NCBI RefSeq assembly: GCF_009914755.1
Contig: NC_060941.1
From: the human T2T-CHM13v2.0 reference genome, Homo sapiens
Length of the DNA: 64,000 nucleotides
Strand: one strand, 5' to 3'
A program made the translations under genes and the position numbers. The notes under the pieces are model-generated. The model saw only the letters and a program-made list of their open reading frames with translations. It had not been told where the DNA came from and made no database searches. Below, one piece after another: positions 51,328-64,000 of the stretch; position 1 is the first letter of the stretch; every line of letters starts with the position of its first letter.

Positions 51328-52014
51328 GGTAGGGTTCGTAGGTAGGGCTAGTAGGTAGGGTTAGTAGGTAGGGCTAGTAGGTAGGGCTAGTAGGTAGGGT
51401 TAGTAGGTAGGGTTCGTAGGTAGGGCTGGTAGGTAGGGCTAGTAGGTAGGGCTAGTAGGTAGGGTTCGTAGGTAGGGTTCGTAGGTAGGGTTCGTAGGTA
51501 GGGTTCGTAGGTAGGGCTAGTAGGTAGGGTTAGTAGGTAGGGTTCGTAGGTAGGGTTCGTAGGTAGGGTTAGGTAGGGTTCGTAGGTAGGGTTAGTAGGT
51601 AGGGCTAGTAGGTAGGGTTCGTAGGTAGGGTTCGTAGGTAGGGCTAGTAGGTAGGGTTAGTAGGTAGGGCTAGTAGGTAGGGCTAGTAGGTAGGGTTAGT
51701 AGGTAGGGCTAGTAGGTAGGGTTCGTAGGTAGGGTTAGTAGGTAGGGCTAGTAGGTAGGGTTCGTAGGTAGGGTTAGTAGGTAGGGCTAGTAGGTAGGGT
51801 TCGTAGGTAGGGTTCGTAGGTAGGGTTAGTAGGTAGGGTTCGTAGGTAGGGTTAGTAGGTAGGGTTCGTAGGTAGGGCTAGTAGGTAGGGCTAGTAGGTA
51901 GGGTTAGTAGGTAGGGCTAGTAGGTAGGGCTAGTAGGTAGGGCTAGTAGGTAGGTCTAGTAGGTAGGGTTCGTAGGTAGGGTTCGTAGGTAGGGTTCGTA
52001 GGTAGGGTTAGTAG
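51328..52014. repeat. 13-bp VNTR GTAGGTAGGG(TTC/CTA/TTA), ~53 units, in 3' UTR
   Basis: Directly visible array of three interspersed unit variants; a 3' UTR VNTR is a known feature of SEC14L1. Confidence 0.98.
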
Positions 52015-52110
52015 CGCGTCTGTGCTGCTTCCACCTGGTGCTTCCTGTTCCCAAATCACAAGGGCCTGAAGGTGGTCCCTGCTTTCTCTTTCTCTTTCTC
52101 TGTGTCTCAG

Positions 52111-52126
52111 ATGGCGATTTTGCTGA
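52111..52126 (+). CDS. SEC14L1: Alternative terminal coding segment (R)WRFC* of a spliced 719-aa isoform
   Basis: Long pyrimidine tract plus CAG at 52108-52110; joins phase-2 donor AG|gtagtg at 49633/49634. Confidence 0.8.
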
Positions 52127-52637
52127 CAGCTGCCAAGAAAATGCTTCACTCAACAGTCCTCATGTGCCCAGAGATGTTTATAGAACTGTTTGAATTGCAG
52201 CCATCCCCTGCCCCCTCCCAGGCTGAAGATCTGTTCTTTTTAAGTTGATTCGGGAGTGGCATTCTTTTATACCCAAAGACTGTAGTGCATCTTGAAGAGC
52301 TCAAAGCACATGACCGCACAAATGCTTACAGGGTTTCCTCCCGAGTAATCCAATCTCACTCCCCTTGTAAGGGAATTCTGGGGCAGCTATGGTTTGAGTA
52401 TGCAGTTTGCATCGTGTTTCTACCTTTAGTACCTTGCCACTCTTTTAAAACGCTGCTGTCATTTCCCATTTCTTAGTACTAATGATTCTTTGATTCTCCC
52501 TCTATTATGTCTTAATTCACTTTCCTTCCTAAATTTGTTATTTGCATATCAAATTCTGTAAATGTTTTGTAAACATATTACCTCACTTGGTAATACAATA
52601 CTGATAGTCTTTAAAAGATTTTTTTATTGTTATCAAT

Positions 52638-52643
52638 AATAAA
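52638..52643 (+). terminator. Polyadenylation signal AATAAA
   Basis: U-rich upstream context and GU/U-rich downstream element (tgtctttttcttattgtg). Confidence 0.85.
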
Positions 52644-52782
52644 TGTGAACTATTTAAAGAAAAGAATGTCTTTTTCTTATTGTGAAACAACAGTTTCCCT
52701 TGAAGAGTTTGAGATTCTTAGGAGAATTTAGAGATTGAAGAAAGAAGAGAGCTTCTGAAGCCAGAGTACTGATGCTCTAGAA

Positions 52783-52943
52783 GTTCAAGAAGAGCTTTAG
52801 CTTGTGTGGGAGTGTTTCACAGGTGAGCGGTCCGGCCTCAGAAGAGCTTTAGCTCATGTGGGAGTGTTTCACAGGTGAGTGGTCGTTCAAGAAGAGCTTT
52901 AGCTCCTGTGGGATTGTTTCACAGGTGAGCGGTCCGGCCTCAG
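52783..52943. repeat. ~50-bp tandem repeat, 3 units, just past the poly(A) site
   Basis: agaagagctttagct..tgtggga.tgtttcacaggtgag.ggtc repeated three times. Confidence 0.9.
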
Positions 52944-53805
52944 GTCACAGCCGTATGTTTGCTGATGCAGAAGCGAACCCAGTGTTTGTCCTCGCTTCTG
53001 TAAGAAGACATGATGTGGTTTTTCTTAAACGCAGCCAGATCTAACATCACTGTGATGGGGCGATCCCTGCTGTGATGTTTCCGTTGTGATAAAAAGGATT
53101 GCTTTCATCAGGCGCCTCCAAGAAAATAAAAGAGGCAGGTGTGGACCTTTAGAAGCCTGGATTACCTTATCTCCACTCCCCTGCCAATCAGTGGGTCTTC
53201 GGGGGGTCATAAACCAGTGGGCAGAGCAGGCTGCTGGCTCGGTGAAGCTCAGGGCAGGCCAGAAGGCGGCTCAGGGCAGCGTGCCAGGGTGCAGAAGCCA
53301 GTGCCTCCCTAACTGGGAACCGCAGGATCATTGGCATTCCTAGTAGTCCGTATCTGTCCTTGGTGGGACACAGCCAAGGGGTCTGGCTGGCACCTGGGTG
53401 GGAAGCAGGGGAGACCGAGGGTGCCCTGCACGTCCATGCTGGGCCTGGGCCGTCAGTGTGTCCACAGGCAGTCAGGACCTTAGCCGTGCCAAAATCTGAT
53501 GATTTAGTCAACCTGCGATGGAAGGAAGAGGCTTTTTACCTGGATTCCCTTTATGCCCTCATATTTCTGTGTCTGTTGTCAAGTCGGACCTACTGTTACC
53601 AAGCTTTTGGCTTGGCGGTCCAGTTCTCAGGGTGGAAGCCAGAGGCAGCTTGGAAACTAACTGAGGGTCGTAGGATGATAACCCGCAGCCCGTCTCCTGA
53701 CCACCTTCAGAAAGGGCCACACTGAAATGGAGTGTCTTGAACAGCAGTGTGTTTATATTGGGCCACCAAACCATTAGTAATGCGTTTGTTCTCTGTTGTT
53801 GTGGG

Positions 53806-59310
<5,505 letters not shown>

Positions 59311-60249
59311 AACAGAAGGCTCAGTCTCTTTAATTTGTAGGAAATGTCCCACCCAATTCCTTTCTTTTTCTTGGAGCAGATCTATTGTAAGTTTTAAAAC
59401 ACGAGGAAGCGATCATCACAGCAGCCGGAAAGCGGCTCCTCCCTGGGCAGAGGCTGTGGTGTGGTGTGGGGTCGGGGCAGTCCTGGCTCCTGGGGTCCTC
59501 TGTGCGCTTGTGTGCATTTCCGTGTTTACTTTACAATAAAAAGGTTTATTATTGTTTGGTTGTTTTTTGTTTTTGGTTAATGGCTTTAGACAGGTTAGCT
59601 TGCCTTGAAGAAAAGTTAACACTGGTTATTAGGAACTCAGGTCGTCTTCTATCCAAATCACGGGGCTGCTGTGACCTGTGGCACAGGTGCCATTGAGGAC
59701 ATGTCCTGCACTAGCTCGTGTCTGGTCCGATGTGCGTGCCGGCTGTGCCGAGGGCAGCAGCTTCCGTGTTCCTGGTCGCTTCTGTTCCCCAGGAGAGAAT
59801 CTGAGGTTGTTCCAATTAAAGCTCTGTCCCCTGTGGTGTACTGTCTGTGACCTGTCCTGCCTTCAAATAGAAGCAACCAGACTATTTCCCACTCCGACCT
59901 TGCCTTTGGGCTTAAGAAACTGTCACCAGGACCCAGTTTTGACAGTGACAAATCATCATGAGCCCTTACTGAGTCTCTTTGCACTGTCCCCAGCCACTTT
60001 ATGTCCGATTAGAGACACGAGGGAGAGAAAAACCTGCTGCCTGCCCTCTCTGAGCTGAGAACCAGTGAGGGGCAAGAGGCCGGTGCAACTCCTGAAGGAG
60101 AGAACGGGGTGCAGAGAGAAGGGGGACCCTTCCAGCTCCATCTGCAGAGCCATCTCGTTTCCGTTGGGTGAATGTTCAGTCCCAAGTTGAAAGTTAAGTC
60201 CTTGTCTGGCTGCCAAGCCCTGCCTGTCCTTTCCACTTTGCCAGGGCGG

Positions 60250-61329
<1,080 letters not shown>

Positions 61330-61764
61330 GCCAGTTTACACCCAAGAGTGAAGCCAAGCAACAGCCCCCTAAGGCGGAGGCCCCTGGAGGTAGTCCTGGC
61401 TCTGCCAAGAGTCACTCCTCCTCTGGCACTATCCTGTGTCTCTTGTAACCTGGCTGAAGCTCTCAGAGCTTGGGGCAGTGACAGCCTTTGCCCCCTTCAG
61501 CTCTGCCCTTGGAGTCAGAGCCACGGGGGGAGACCCTCCAGCCCTCATGTCCACTGGAGTCCTACCCGGGTCCCTTTTTTTGTGTGTGGGTTGTTGGTTC
61601 GTTTGTTTTTTCTTGATATGGAGTTTCACTCTTGTCTCCCAGGCTGGAGTGAAATGGCGCGATCTTGGCTCACTGCAACCTCTGCTTCCTGGGTTCAAGT
61701 GATTCTCCTGCCTCAGCCTCTTGAGTATCTGGGATTACAGTCACCTGCCACCACTCCCGGCTAA

Positions 61765-62370
<606 letters not shown>

Positions 62371-62504
62371 TGTGCTCCAAAATCCTGGAACTGCAAAACC
62401 TTTGACTTCTACAAAAAATGGGTTAATCTGGAATCATCTCTCCTTGGTTCGTATGTGTGTGTGTATGTGTGTGTTTGGGGTTTTTCTTCCCATCAATAGG
62501 CTTA

Positions 62505-62842
<338 letters not shown>

Positions 62843-64000
62843 TCATGGGCCCAGTGGAGAAGGTGGCCCTCCTCCCTTCCTCAGAGCCCCCGAGCCCTGC
62901 CCTGTGGGGTGGGAAAGAAGGGGACCTGCCCAGTGTCACGGTCAGTGGCCAAGCTGGACGACAGGTAATCCCTGAGTCCTGCCCCAGCCAGCCCTGCCCT
63001 CTGCTCTCCCAGAACCTAGAATCTGGGGGAAGATTGAACAAGCTCTTCCTTGAAGGGAGGGCGCCGCCTCCTCTCACCCCCTGCCACGGGCATCGGTGTG
63101 AGGCTGTGCTGGGGGCTGTGCTCACCCTCTGTGTCCCCGATGGGGCAGTGTCTGGTACCTGTGGAGTTCCTGGAAGAATCTGTGCCCTGATTGCCATTGT
63201 GAGCTGTGCCGGGGAGGCTCTGTAGGAGAGGAGGAGCAGTTAGCCGACTATTGGGGCGTGGGACAGGCTGGTCACGGGGCTCCGCTTCCTGGAGGGCTGC
63301 TGCTTTCGTAGGCCTGGCATCCGCCCCTCCAGCCGCATGCTGTCTGATTGTTCCCTGCAGGAGGTGCCAGCCCCTAGCTCTGGCAGCATCAGAGGAGCAC
63401 ATGAACCGAATGCTTCCAGAAGGCTCTGCGGCTGGTGGGGAGAAGGCTCTGGAGACCTTCAGTGAGTTGTGGCCTGTTCCCCGCTTCTCTCCGCACCGTT
63501 GGATGAGCCTCCTGTGGCATGGCTGGAAGGGCTGGGCGCTGAGGGTGTAGGCATCAGGACAGCTTTGCCTGGGCTGCCCACATTCTCTGCCCTGGGGGGA
63601 CAGGGGCAGCTGGCGAAGCCCTCGTGTGGTGTCTCAGTGAAGTGCCCAGTGATGGGCTAGGGCCACCCCTGTCCTGAGCCTCCCCATGGCCCTCCAGTTC
63701 TTCCCTCCCTCCCACCTGCTCCTGTCTCCTTCGTTTTCTGTTTCTGTCTGGGTTGACTCATGACATACCTGAGAGCCTCCTGGCTTCAGCCTCTCTGCCA
63801 TCCCCAGAGCAAGGAGGGCTCGGGGGGCACACAGTGTGGGAAGAGGCTGGACGGGAAGGCCAGAGGGTCACAATGGGTGGCGGGCGCCCTCCCTGCTGCC
63901 CCGTCTCGCCCGGCTCCCAGAGTCACTCATTCGGGCTCACTCTGGGCCCTCAGCTGCTCCCTCTGATCCCAGCCTCAAAGGTGCAGCTGGTCTGGTTAGA

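Larger units (their letters stand above)
49638..52660 (+). other. SEC14L1: SEC14L1 3' UTR (long form)
   Basis: Alu-free stretch from the stop codon to the AATAAA at 52638. Confidence 0.85.

Noticed and set aside
51328-52014. VNTR as a CRISPR array, true interstitial telomere or coding repeat
   Set aside because: No spacers; unit is 13 bp rather than TTAGGG; minus-strand ORFs 51943-52153 stop at CTA-type units

Overview
Human (or great-ape) genomic DNA from the SEC14L1 locus (17q25), gene on the + strand. The window holds the end of a large 5' intron (1-26415), 14 coding exons (26416-49637; 694 codons plus stop, first 21 codons upstream of the window), a ~3 kb 3' UTR with a 13-bp G-rich VNTR, the poly(A) signal at 52638, and ~11 kb of repeat-rich downstream DNA. 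Highlights: (1) an alternative intron inside the last exon (49634-52110) that removes the stop codon, a miR-196-site hairpin and the whole VNTR and swaps the C-terminus to ...SRWRFC; (2) an antisense, RT-deleted HERV-I/IP10-type provirus (3451-10827) in a four-level nest, with an intact readthrough-type pseudoknot, a gag stop changed to TAC and a p53-like site only in the 5' LTR; (3) an old antisense cytochrome c processed pseudogene carrying ancestral-mammal residues; (4) inverted Alu pairs around exons. Repeat family names come from recalled consensus sequences, not from a search.
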